Origin: Octopus vulgaris
Lineage: Eukaryota
Assembly: GCA_951406725.2 (NCBI GenBank)
Contig: OX597822.1
Coordinates: 70,494,001-70,558,000 of the forward strand
Length of the DNA stretch: 64,000 nucleotides
Reading direction: 5' to 3'
In this document: one piece after another, positions 41,346 through 55,000 of the stretch
Position numbering within the stretch: position 1 is the stretch's first letter
Layout of the letters: every line of letters begins with the position of its first letter
The notes under the pieces: generated by a model
Database searches by the model: none
What the model was told of the DNA's origin: nothing
Seen by the model: the letters and a program-made list of their open reading frames with translations, nothing else
Position numbers and translations under genes: made by a program

Positions 41346-42253
41346 CGTGCTTGCATCTGATGGTAGGCCTGAAAGTGCTCCAGAATAGGCTGGTACATTG
41401 TTGCCCTTGTCAACCCCTGGCTTTCTGTAAAATGCAAGGGTGGATGTAAGACTAGCCACATTTGCCTGACTCATAGAGACCAATGAGTGTGTGTGTCTGA
41501 CAACATTCCAGATTCTATAATAATAATAATAATAATAATAATGATAATAATAATGATAATAGCTGCTAATTTAATGTCAGAGGAAGAGGTAGTTGTTCAA
41601 TAAATAAAATTTTGTGCTGCATTATGTAAAGTTTAAAGAAGAAACAACTGTAAATAATATAGCTTTGGGGGTAGGGAGAGGGTGAAAAGTGGGGAATAGG
41701 TATGTAGATAGATGTTGCGGAGGTAGTGTTATTGAAATCTAACCAGCTTTGCCATCTTGTTGAAAAATCTTGCTTCAGTGGCCACAGCTAGGAGGCGGCA
41801 GTAGTGTTGTTTGCTGCTGTAAGTCCATAGTTATTCCACCACACCACTTTAGACTTCACAATTTTCCGAAGCCCCTCCGCCTCCTCCACACTTGCACGCC
41901 ATCCACTCAACTCCTTTCACTTCCACCCGCCTCCCAACCCACACACTCAGGTCTCCTATATAACATTACACATCTATGAGTTTTAAAGGTGTCGGTCACA
42001 CTCCGTTGCACTGTGTTGTGTTTTCCTTGAGCTTAAAGTGTTTGAAATCAATTTTTCTTGTCTTCAACTTCAAAGCGATTTCTTTGTGAGTATGCATTAA
42101 TTTAATTTCTCTTACAAGAATTTTCCACCCTGAATCTGAATCGAGAATTGCCTTGCTCCACTCCCATTGGCTTTATTATGATTATTTATCAACATCTGTT
42201 GAATCCTGGAAATGGTTAAATATCTTTACCTCCCCCTCCTCCTCCCCATAAAA

Positions 42254-42288
<35 letters not shown>

Positions 42289-43637
42289 ATGTTAAGCTGT
42301 TTTCTTTTGTTTATTTTTTTTTCCTAATTGGTTTGAAAACTTTCAAAGTCATGGTTTCTTGCATTTAATTGGAAATATAAATACAAAGTGAAGCAACACA
42401 ACAAGGCACCAAATAAAGTTTGTTTCTTTTCTTCTTGTAATTATTGTTGTAGTAGTTGTTCTTCCTCATTTCTAAACTGTTGTGGTTGTAAGCCATAACA
42501 ATTCTGGTATATTTTGCCATTATTTACCCTGCGTGCTGCTCCAGTGGGTTTTTACAATATTTGCTTAGGACAAATTCTTTAAACTCTATAGTATTTGGTA
42601 ATTAATTCAGCTAGATTTTGCTATAATGCCAAAAGATAACAAAAAAAAAAAACCCAAATACAAAAGCAAACATTAAAATAATAATAACTACAAATGAAAA
42701 TAAAATAAAATAAAAAACTGAAAATCAAAAAATATCATCAGTAGAAGAAATGGAAGAGAATAAAACAAACACCAATCATTTTATTAAAAATAAATTTTCT
42801 TTGTTTTAAAAATGAATATTAATAGAATTGGTTTTTGTTGAATCAAGACAAAAGAATTCCAGTAATATTTGGTATTTAGTTTTTGTATGAGTTAAAGTTT
42901 CAGTTATCGGTGGCCCAAAGAGTGAGTGAGTGTGTCAGAGAGAGAGAGAGAGAGAGAGAGAGATGGGTGGTGGTGGTGATTCTTTAGCCTTTGGTTTCTG
43001 TGAAATATAGATATTATGTGTGTGTGTGCATTAACAAGACTAATAATAAAAAAAAATTTTTTTATGATAGTTGTGTGCATGTGCATTTGTACATATATAT
43101 ATGTGTGTCCATGTATAAACATGTGTAAATATTACAAAAAAGGAAAAAAAAGAAAATCAAAACAAGCTGAGCACTTTTAACGATGTTTATTTCATGCAAT
43201 GAAAAACCATAGTTGAAGTGTATATGTGTGAGAGTGTGTCCGTGTGTCTGTGTCTGTTGGTCTATAACAGTGCGTCGGAGGTGGGGTGGTGGTGGTGGTG
43301 GGAGAGCAATTTAATGGGAATATTATCATTAAGACTTATTTCACCAGAAGACGAGAAAGAATAACAACGCTGACAATAATAACAACTTGAAAAGTGATCA
43401 AAAGAATTGCTGGAATAAATGAAAATTGTTCTGTAAATGGTGTCTCTTCGGCTTGGCTGCACCATTCAGTGTTGTTGGCACCCAACTTCGATGTTTTCTC
43501 TTCACCTAGATTTTTGTTACTGCTCTCAACAAGAATTTATGTGTGAGCAAGCAAATTATTTGCTGTTTCTAAAATGGTTCATGCTACTCTATTACCATGT
43601 CTTGAAACAGTAAAAAAATTTCTTTTTTGGTATGATT

Positions 43638-43668
<31 letters not shown>

Positions 43669-45123
43669 TTGATACCAGAGATCATTATTATTGTTATTCT
43701 TAGTATGATTTCTATTATTAGTGCTAGTAGTCTAGTCATGTTGTTAATATTATTATTAATATTATTAGTGTTATTGTTTTGTTTTCGTTGTTGTTGTCTT
43801 CCTTTCCAGAATAAAAACCAGAGATTATTCCAAAAATATTTCCAATCTTATGAATTTATATTTTTGTTTTTGAATTGTCTACATATTCCATGGCCCCGAG
43901 CATTGTAATTCCCACCCCACGCTGCAACTCATTCCTTTTTTTTCATAAAACTTTACATCAAATCAAATTGAATCATATCAAATATTAACTGTTACAGACC
44001 TGTATTTACATAGTTTGTATAATTTCTATGTTTTTATTGACTAACACAATCTTCTTGAGATGGTCTAGTTTTCCATTTCTCTTCATCTTCTCCTCTCTCT
44101 CACACACACACTCTCTCAAGTATTTCTATCTCTATGCATCTCTTTGTTTTCACCTTTCTTACTCATGTCTATGTATGCTTTTATTTATAACACCTGTATA
44201 CATATATCCTTAACTGTCCTGTCTTTATAGCTGAAATGTCTTTCATGAATTTCCAATAGACAGTGTAGAAGATGTGTGAAGTTAGATGTGATCAGTTCTC
44301 TCTGAGTGAGTGTTTGCTAACACCCTGTCAGACATGTTGATATTTTGCCTATATCTTTGTTTATTTCACACTGGTTCAATCCCTATGATCCACCCCCCCC
44401 TTCACCACCACCACCACCACCACCACCACATTGACCACCATTCCTACCTTACACTCAGACTCACATACTTTATGCTAGCCTTATCTCAAAGCTTGTATTA
44501 GTATCTTAATGAATTTGATAACCAGTCGTTTATGCGCTTCTCTGTCCACCTTACCCTTCCCCTTTACCATTCTCATCTGTTTTGCTGAACTTCAGTACAA
44601 AGCCATCTTTCATGCTACTTCTCAATCTAATTTCACCTCCACCATCTTTGAAACTCTAATAGCGTCAGTTTCCTATAGAATATTTATTGCCATTATAATA
44701 CTTATCAGTGGTTATCATTTAACTGACACTGATTGTACTACTATGGTACATAATCTGATATTGAATCTTTTCACCTGCTAACCCCCTTAACTTTTGCTTT
44801 GTATTGTTGAGCCTTTAATAATCTTTCCGCTCACAGATCTATCTCTTCCCACTTAGATTTGTATCCTTTTGCTCTGGTAGGGTCGGAATAATCTTTCATT
44901 TTACCTAAGTAAAAGTTGATGTACTTACAACAGCAACTGTCAACAGTTTCTTTTGATTTCTCTGCTGCTTAATAAATATGCCCTTTAATTGCAGCTCTGG
45001 GCCTAGGGGTTTTGCCCACGTATGTGGTTGTATGGCTTAAATAGGATAGCGTAGCTTTGTCATTGCTGTCAATTTGATTTTAACTGTGTAGGTGTCAATA
45101 TTTTGTGAGAAAATAGTGTAGAA

Positions 45124-45382
45124 CTGTGGTTCTGATGCATTTTTTGTCCATGGACCTCTTGGTTCTTATTTTACTTGGATGGACTCTCATAACCATAACT
45201 CATGTCTTAAAAAATCCTATTTTTCTAATTAAATATTATTAGGAATTATATAAAAATTTGTTATAATATTTTGCATAGTGTTGAAGAATAATCAATTTAT
45301 TGCACATTAATTTTAAAGACAAAAATCTTATATGGACTCCCCCACCACCAAGGGTCATATGGATGCCAGTTTAGAACCGCTG
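45124..45382. mobile_element. hAT (Charlie-like) MITE
   Basis: Ends CTGTGGTTCT and AGAACCGCTG (cf. CAGTGGTTCT); 8-bp flanks GTGTAGAA and GCATAGAA. Confidence 0.75.
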
Positions 45383-47627
45383 GCATAGAAGATCAGAAAA
45401 ACGAAAAGAGAAAGTGTTATCTTTTAAAGGTTTTGATTATTAAATAGTTATTCTGCAAAAAGTTTTTTTATCTTTATTTTCTGCTGAATGTTGTTGTAGA
45501 TGTATGGATAGAACTTGTATGATCAAATAACACGGTATTCCCATCTTCTCATTAATCCCACTTACTGCGTTCAGCTTGAGTAAGTGTTCCTTGTGGCAAT
45601 ACTATTGAAATCTGTTTGGCAAGCTTTTAAGTGCATCAATAGAAACAGTGTTTTGTTGTCTCCTTTGAGGGTTGAGGGAAACTGCTGTTTAAACTTGATG
45701 ACTACTGATAAAACCCTAGTTATGTAAATCTTTTAGTAGGAATCTCAGACCAAGTATTGTAAACGAGTGTTTGAAATTACTTTAACTCTTGAAGTAATCA
45801 CTTTACAGTTTCAACAATACCAGTCACCTCTGCAACATAACATTGTATTTTGAAGTATCGCATATTTTTCTGCAATAACAGGTAAACATCATTTGCTAAA
45901 AGATGTTTTCAGAAGGTAGATATTAAGCTAGGTAAAGAAAGACATTTTCTGATTGTATCAGAATAGTTCAATGAGCTATTTTATTTCTTTGCCAGCTTCT
46001 ATCCAATTCCAGCAGATGGATTTTCTTATTCAAGTTACCATCACAATTATTATATCTATCGACAATGTTTTGCTTACGTAAGGTATATTTTTGAGTCTGG
46101 TTTGAGGAAAACTGAGAAAAATGCTTCATAGAGCATTTCTGATTCCAAGCAGATTTTATTTAGGTATTTGATTTCGGTGAAATAATTTCTATGATTATTT
46201 TGTTTGTAGTTTAGATGCGATAATTCTTATCTTCTCCAAATATTCTTATTTTCCCAAATATTTTTCTTTAGTTATACATAAAAAAAAAAAGTCTTAAATA
46301 CTTTTTGTATGAACTTCTTTATAGAGGGTGAAAAAATAAACAAGCAAAACAGCAAGGTTGGGTACCAGAAACCTTGTACTGTTTTTGTATTTGGAATGTT
46401 TAAAGATATATTGTAGTAGATTGGGAATAATCTCTGTAAATCTGTGAAAATAAGTGCTGTTGGGTATGGCAAATGATTATTATAGAAAGTAACTTATTGA
46501 TTCAGAAAAACAGTTATACCAGCTACTTTTAGAGCAACTTTAATGTTCATAGCATCTGTGCTATACCCTAACAATAGCACAGATTCTTGCTGTGTGATCA
46601 TAAACTATTCTTGATTGAGCAGCCTTGTGACCTGCATAATGTCATACAACTGCTGAAAAATGAGGCAAGACCCCCAGATTTGCCTTCCCCATTGTGCTAT
46701 TTCTCTTCCTAGCTCAAGACCACATTCCAACAAGGAATGATAAATTCTACAGGGTGACAGTCTGAACATTGCACGCCCTCCATTTTTCTAGCTATTTTTT
46801 TTTTATACCCTTAGATTTTGGTGGTGGCCGCATTGGAGGTGGGCACATTGGATTTGCTCCTCTACAATTATTGTTAGTGGTGAGCAGTCACAGGCAAAGG
46901 TGACTGACCTATTCCGTATTCACATTTATTTCAGCTTTAGACATACATCGATCCAATGCCAAAACGAACTAGATTTAGAAATTTCAACAGTAGAGAACGA
47001 ACAAGAAAAAGATGAGTGGGATTGTTTTTGTGGTTGTTTTACTTCAGAAAATTTAAACATTGTCATTCATGTTATTTTGCTAGTGATAATTAAACAAAAG
47101 ATTGTACTGATAATCTTGATTAAATATAAAAAGAAAAAAAAAGAAAATCTATCTGAAATTAATGTAGTTCTGAAAGAAGTAGCAACAAATACTCAGCGAT
47201 TCATTTTGCCAGGTGATCATGCAACTCAGAAAGCCATCATTGCATTTATCCATCATGCTCACAAATTTGAATTCACCTAGCTTTCACCCACCTTCCGTCT
47301 GTCACCAGTAAGGTTAAACAGTGTGGCATACCACACCTCATCCTTATGTAGAATGCAGGATAAATGATATTGTATAGTGTGTGTGTGTGAGAGAGAGAGG
47401 GGCTGTTAATAAATAAACCTAGACTGGAAGGAAAAGACAGAATAGGAAATTGAAGTTAGTTTCTCTTCTGAGGACTATTCTTTTTGATAAAAGATAAAAC
47501 AAGTGTCACCATCTATTCTCCATTTTCATTGTTTAAATAATGCATATAACAACAGAAGCTGGTAACAATTCTGGCCTTTATTATTTAGTGATGAATACAT
47601 ACAGAAATGCTCTCTCTCTCTCTCTGT

Positions 47628-47666
<39 letters not shown>

Positions 47667-47792
47667 TGGCCTTTTGAGTCATTCGGTAACTTCTGCTGAT
47701 TAAAAACACACACGTTTTAAGTTTTATTTATTCTGTTTATCCTATTTGGTACTTCCAAACACGTGCGCATGCACACACACACACACACATTT

Positions 47793-47955
47793 GATGGGGG
47801 TTTCTTCCAGTTTGTCTACCGCATCTACTTACAAAGCTTGGAAGGGTTAGCTCAGGGCCCCATTACCAGACACTTGGCCAAGGTGGCACACGATAAAACT
47901 GAACCTGCAACCAACTGCATACTTAAGAAAGCAAGCTTTTTAACGAAGCTGCCAT
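47793..47955 (-). mobile_element. SINE family A, decayed head
   Basis: TTTCTTCCAGTTTGTCTACC and AGACACTTGGCCAAGGTGGCACA match the family A reverse complement. Confidence 0.65.
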
Positions 47956-48152
47956 TCTTTAACCTACACTTAAGAACTACTACATTAAGAGTACAAATGT
48001 CTATGGAATATTCAACCACATACACAATTATTTAATGCATAAGCTTTTCAGTTAATCAAAGAAGTAGAAAAGTAATTGTCAAAACCAATGAAGGTTCACT
48101 TGCTTTTACTTATCATGTATATTATGATAGGCATAAATTGAACTGATATAGC

Positions 48153-48190
<38 letters not shown>

Positions 48191-49803
48191 CCTTTTTAGG
48201 TTTGTTAAACTATTAAGCATAGAGCATTGTTTTCACTTTTACTGGAAAGATAATTCCTGCATTGTTTTAGAAAACCTATTTCACATTTGATTGCTGGAAA
48301 TGTTCATGTATGTCTGAAATATAATTAAGATAGCTTTTGAAAGAAACATATGGAAATTTGAGATTTCTAGGAGTTATTTTTCAGTTATCGGCTTCACCAC
48401 CACCACCACTAACATCATCTTCATCATCATCATCATCATCTCATCATTATTTTTACCATTATCATAATGTTGAAGGTGTTTGACAGTAGTAGTAGGAGTA
48501 AGCAACAACAACAGCAATAATAATAATAATAATAATAATAACAACAACAACAGCAACCTCTTTATTTCAATCATCTGATGATGTGGATAGTAGTAGTAGT
48601 AGTAACAATACCAAGAACAGCAGCAACAACAACGAAATAAATAATAATAATAATGATGATGATGATAATGGCACAAGGAGAAAAGCCATTTTTCTTCAAT
48701 TTAACAATTCACATTCATGCAATTTGCTCCCTTAAAATATGGATGCGTAGTATGTAAATGTGCATGTGTGTCTGTACATGTGCTTCTGTGTACTTTTCTA
48801 TATGTATGTACACATGCAGGCACACATGTGCGCGCACGCATGTGCGTGTGTGTATATGCGCACATATACACGCACACACAGAGGCATGCATTTATGTATA
48901 TTCATAATCAATTGAAGGTGTGAATTAGGCAAGACTAGAAAGGCCCCTATACCAACCCAACTTTGTAGTTGTCCAGAAATAATGAGCTAAGTTCTTCTGT
49001 AGTTCTCCTCACCATAAGCAATACACAATAATGATAATAATAATAATAATTATAATGATGATGATGATAATAAATATTAATAATAATGATAATAATAATA
49101 ATAATAATAATAATATTAATAATATTGATAATGATAATAATAATAATGATAGTAAATTCACAAAAATTCGTGTACAAAATATTTCCAACATTCTTACCAA
49201 GGATTTCGATGGAAGTTTGCAGTTTTAAAAGGGATTTGGAAAGACTGTTTCCAGCACATGCTTTCCAGTTGTTCTTTGATGTTGTTATAGTTATTGTAGT
49301 AAAGCCTTCCATCATCCCCTCTAATTCCAACATCCTTTTTTTTTTCCTTCATACGAAAAGAATAAAAAACAACAAACAAAAAAAATCATGTTGCTTCAGC
49401 TTCTTTAATGTTACTTGTTCATATATATATATATATATTTGTTGCTTTCTAATTTTTTTATGCTGCTGCTGCTGCTGCCACTGCTGCTACCACCACCACT
49501 GCCACATTTTTTAAAGTTTTACTTCATTTTTTTCTTTTTCCTCTTTCATTTTTATCTCTTTCCCCTTTTTTTTTCATCCTCTTTCTTTCACTGTCTCTTT
49601 CTTTTCTTTGTCCTCTTTTCTTGAAACCAATGAAGTGTGGTGGTGTGGGTTTGTGTGCGTGCGTGTGTCCTTTACTTTGGTTACTCGACCTGCTAGAATT
49701 AGCAACCAAATACTTCAAATTACACCCTCTTCATTTTACATATTCTCTCCCCATCCCCAAATTCACTCTCTCTTTCTCTCTCTCTCTCTCTCCCACACAC
49801 ACA

Positions 49804-49861
<58 letters not shown>

Positions 49862-50568
49862 GAAATATTGGTTAATGTAGTCCTAGATGTCTTGGGGTTG
49901 GGGAGCACAGGTACCAGCCTTGCCACACACTGTGTCACGCTGGTTTTACTTAAGGATTACTTTAAAGATACATTGTCATGGATGGAATGCCTTTGATCAT
50001 AGCTCTATTCAATCAGGACTGACTTAGGGCTAAACACAGTCAACATCTCCTTTCTCTTCCTCTCTCTTCATCCTCCTTCTCCTCTTCGTTTTTCTTTCCT
50101 GCTTCTTTCTGTGTCGACTTCTGGTTCCTTTGTCATTTTCTTCCTGCTCGTCCCCATCCTTTTTGTTCCACTTCTTGTTCCAGTCTCTTCTTACCACTTC
50201 TCCTTCCCATCCACTCTTCATCCGGCTCTTTCCTTCTTCTCCTCCTTTTCTTCTCACTTCTTCCAATCATTTCTTCTTTTTACTTTTAGCTTCTACTCCT
50301 TACCGCATTTTTTTTTTCGTCTTGTGTCAGTAAACTTAGCAAGTAACATCTTACATAGATCTTGTTGTCTCGTTCTCTGATAAGAATAAACCTTTAGGTG
50401 GAACACCGATGTCACAGTAACAAAAGCGCATTAGCAGTGTGCGTATGCAAGTGTGCATAGTTAATGATGTGTGTGTGTGTGTGTGTATGTGCACACGCAT
50501 GTTAATACTTGTAGATGTTTGTGAGTGGGTTGATATTTATGTGCACACACAGACACACACACACACAC

Positions 50569-50571
<3 letters not shown>

Positions 50572-50632
<61 letters not shown>

Positions 50633-50766
50633 TACGTATATATATATATATATATATATATATACGTATATATATATATATGTATATATATCCAATATAT
50701 ATATATATACACACATACACATACGTATATATATACACACACACATACACATACGTATATATATAC

Positions 50767-50817
<51 letters not shown>
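50572..50817. repeat. Long compound (TA)n microsatellite
   Basis: About 245 bp of TA repeats with CA and CG interruptions. Confidence 0.95.
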
Positions 50818-50819
<2 letters not shown>

Positions 50820-50919
50820 GGATATACTACTGTTGGTTTAGTTTCTTCATTATATCAGGGCTTTTTCATATTTTTCTATAAGTTCTTTGTAGTTTGTGTA
50901 GAACAGTAGACTGCCCAAA

Positions 50920-50967
50920 TCCATCATCACTGTTTCATGACATTCACAGCCACATCTTCCGAATGGA
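50920..50967 (-). ncRNA. Decayed hammerhead ribozyme motif 3' of the Penelope endonuclease remnant
   Basis: Minus strand UCCAUU-CGGAAGA-U-GUGGC(loop)GUCAU-GAAA-CAGUGAU-GAUGGA; stems I and II pair, core U4 is mutated. Confidence 0.5.
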
Positions 50968-51114
50968 GTGTCGTTGGCATGTGTTGCTGCTTTCTTTATA
51001 ATACACAAATCCAATACAGTTGGTGTAGGTGGTACCTCAGAAGAATAAAGTTTAACTATTAGATGTTTTTACATCGTCAGTGAGATGGTTAGTGTTAGTT
51101 TCTGTGTGTTTATT

Positions 51115-51351
51115 TTAAGCATTATGCTTTGTTAAGAGTATCGTTTCGACCATTAAGCTTTTTTTGGAAGAATTTTGTAGAATGTGTATGTGTTGTCCAC
51201 CTATGTTTTCTAGTCTGATTTTGTTTTGTGTAATCCTGTGCATTGCCATTGCTCCTTGTAAATTCATGTTCAGGTGTGTCATGCATGTAATAGTTTGAAG
51301 TCATTTGCAATGAAATTCATAAACCACCTTGGTCATTAGACACTTGTTCAT
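51115..51351 (-). pseudogene. Penelope-like element GIY-YIG endonuclease remnant
   Basis: One frame reads TKVVYEFHCK*...MTHLNMNLQGAMAMH...HIHILQNSSKKSLMVETILLTKH (VVYxFxC, GAxxxH, IL and LxxE pattern); hammerhead motif downstream and (TA)n flank. Confidence 0.65.
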
Positions 51352-51383
51352 AGGTTAACATATTATTATTTGTTGTTGATTAA

Positions 51384-52015
51384 AGGTGTAGATATGGCTG
51401 TGTGGTTAAGAAGCTTGGTTTGCAACCATGTGGTTTTGGGTTCAGCTTCACTGTGCAGAACCTTGGTCAAGTGTCTTGTACTATATGGCCTTTTTTATTT
51501 CTTTATTGCCCACAGGGGGCTAAACATAGAAGGGACAAACAAGGACAGACAAACGGATTATGTCGATTACATCGACGCCAGTACGTAGCTGGTACTTATT
51601 TAATCGACTCCAAAAAGGATGAAAGGCAAAGTCAGCCTCAATGGAATTTGAACTCAGGATGTAGCGACTGATAAAATACTGCTAAGCATTTAGCCTGGCG
51701 TGCTAACATTTTTGCCAGCTTGCCGCCAATGGCTACTATATAGCCTTTGGCTGACCAAGGCCTTATGAATGAATTTTGTAGATAGAAACTGTATGGAAGC
51801 CTTTCAAATGTGTGTGCATGCATTTATGTTCATTTCCCTCCTCGCTGCTTGACAGCTAGTGTCAGTTTGTTTATGTTCCCTGTAACTTAGTGGTTTGACA
51901 GAAGAGACTGATAGAATAAGTACCAGTTTTAAATAAGTACTGGGGTTGATTTGTTTTACTAAATCTCATAGCCACAGTGCAATGACTGAAACAAGCAAAA
52001 GATATATGTAAAAGA
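51384..52015 (+). mobile_element. SINE family A interrupted by a family B insertion
   Basis: Head 51384-51490; resumes TAGCCTTTGGCTGACCAAGG at 51741; ends AATGACTGAAACAAGCAAAAGA. Confidence 0.85.
51494..51727 (-). mobile_element. SINE family B, full-length with target-site duplication
   Basis: Flanked by TACTATATGGCCTTT (51479-51493) and TACTATATAGCCTTT (51734-51748). Confidence 0.9.
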
Positions 52016-55000
52016 TGAAAAAATATATTCTTAAATTACACCAGAGATGCAGACCATATACTTGTTATAGTAGACGTATCAGAAAATATTGAGAAATAAA
52101 AGTAAGGCATCGGAAATAACTCTTTACTTAAAACAGAACAGCCATAACAGTACAACAGGTTAAGCAATGCAATGCAATGGGTTTATTTCTAAGCATGGAA
52201 CATTCAAAGAGAAAATACCAGACACATCATATTTATTTTCACAAAAAAGAACATAAATGGAGACAGCAAATGTCCATACATATATAAATATTAGTAGTAA
52301 TATCTCTACTGGGAAGAGCATTTAGATTCCCCTCCCCAACAAACAAAGCATTAGAGATTAAAAGAAAAGGAAATCCACAGAATAAAGCAAATACTAATCA
52401 GCAACAGGTATTGCAACAAACTAAATAGACCAAGGCATAGAACAATACAAACACAAATACATCAGACATGACACTATTTAGAATACATGACACACTCATA
52501 ATGTGTATTATATGAATCAAATGCATGCTAATAGAATACATTATCAAAGGCTTCAAAGAACAGAACATAAACTGCCTTACACAAGACAATAAACCAACAC
52601 TAATGATATATTGTGGAACACATTAAAATTAAAACAAAAAACAAAAATCATATCAATAACATACCATTACCAGGAACATGTTACTAAACCCAGGAACAAG
52701 CAACTAAAGACAACAAATGGGATTTAGTAAATTTGATTGCATACATAAAAGTTGTGAACTTCAAGACTCCAACTGTTATATTGGCTATAGAAGCATGGCT
52801 CTGTCAGCAGCTCACCATGCATTTATGACAGGAAGCAACTGTAATGCACTACATGACATTACAAAAAAAAATGAAGGCAAAAGAAAACAAAAAAGAACAA
52901 AATGAAACTAGATAGGAAAGCACTGCAAGGTGTCATATATATTCTGTGTAGAATTCTCTTAAAAAATAGATGATTAATGAGAGACAGTACTTATAATACA
53001 GCGTAATGTTAAAATAACCATACACATAACATACAGTAGCCACAAATGAAAATGAGTACCTGATTGATTTGTGACAGGAAATTGTAAGTTATAAGATGTG
53101 AGGTGTTAGCTTAAGTAAATACCCACACACAGGGATATACCATCTTTGAATATATGTATACACAGACACATACACATATATATATATATATACTTTGTGT
53201 GTGTGTGATTTCATACAAATGTAAATGTGCCTATATCTGTGTGTGTGTGTGTGTTTAGATATATGCACAATCTTATTTATTATGTATAAGAAAGGGATAG
53301 TTACATATGTATCACTGTATACATATGCACACCTACACACACACACACACATTCTCACGCAGATAAAAAGATGTTTATGTACAGATTATGCATTTCTTGA
53401 CAAATGCAATGTGTGTGTATTTATGTCCATATCTGTGTATCTGTATGTGTGTACACCCAGTGAATGAAAGCTATTGTACATACATGCATATAGAATATAA
53501 AGCTATTGTTGTTAGATGCATCTTGTAGAAATTTTAGGGGAACATAATTCCTGTAATTTAGTTAGTCGATCGAAGATATGTACGAAAGATTAGGCATCAT
53601 TGAGGTGGGAATCTCTAGACTGTAAACTGTTAAGGAATTCATGTCTAGCACAGATAGCATTAACTCTCAAGATTGAGCTTCATCATGATTATCTTGTCTG
53701 TTTGGCACACAGCCGAATCAAAATGACTCTACAGAAAGACCAAGAATTACAATAATTCAAATGACAGTCTCATTCAAATTGAAAAAAAAAAAATTTTTTT
53801 TTTTTTAGAAATTAAACTGAAATTTTGATAACTGAAGTGGTTGTTTGGGTGTGTAGTTGGGGTGGTGAAGCGCAGATAATTTTCAGGTGAAAAGAATTAA
53901 ACATGGGAGAATGAGTGAGTGAGTGAGTGGTTGTGGTGGGAGATATGATGTAGGGGTTGAGTGAAAGGGGATGGGGGAAAAGAAATAGGGGCTACTGAGG
54001 AAACAGTGATTCTGTGGATTGTTTAGGGAGAATAACATGCTGAAGTGGATGTCAGGAATATGTGAAGAAAGAAACAGAAAAAAAATTTTTTTTTTAAATT
54101 GAGATAATGTTATAGTGATGGTAGTGATGTGTGTGTCTGTAGGGGTGTGGGAGGGTTGTGAATTGGAGGGAGGATGGAGAGGAAGTGAGAAAGCAAGGAA
54201 ACAAGGGGGGAATTAGTGTCTGTTGAATATAACTGTTTCTATGTGAATGGAAAGTATTGTTGGTGCCTTTTACAATTTAGGGCAGATCTAGTTGTTCATT
54301 AAACTGCAGCCTCACCATTCACGAGAAAGGGGGTTCATTAAGGAAATTTTAATTAGCTTAAATACTTTAAACTTGCTGCAAGGCTAGAAAAAACCAAGCA
54401 TGGTTGGTCGGGAACTGAAACTAATCAGCTGTATTGTTGTTGTTGATGTTATTATTATTATTATTAGCATTAGAATGACATTTCAGGTGTTGCATGCATG
54501 TGGATAATCTAATGTGTAATGTGTCCCTGAATTTAAAGAAAAATTGGAAAGAAAATTAATTATTCACTTAAATAAGATTATCAATGCACTGTTACATGGC
54601 ATCGTTAATTGTTACACTTTCTAGAGAATGTAATAATAATCGCAAAAGAAAAAACAAACATAAAAAAAAAAAATAAGGAAGGAAAAGTATTTTAGTCATG
54701 AAGTTGGGTTTTCTAAGTCAAGAATGCAAAATGCTTCCTGATAACGTAATATTTTATACATAAAGTTGGAAATAATGCAATGGTAATTTAGAAAGACAGT
54801 GGGATTTTATTGTAGAGTGGAAGCATCTAAGAATGTGCCATCATCATCATCATCATTGTCATCGTTGTCATGAAAAAGGAAGCATCAATCCTTAATATTT
54901 GGAACAATGGAATTTAGTGCATGTACACATTGCAAATACTTAAGTATAATTGCTGTTCAACTACATTTACAGTTGAGTGTGTATTGTAAGATTCTGTATT

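Noticed and set aside
43336-43536. Minus-strand open frame ending in a hydrophobic run (…FIPAILLITFQVVIIVSVVILSRLLVK*)
   Set aside because: No in-frame ATG, poor splice acceptor, and hydrophobic codons are expected from T-rich sequence
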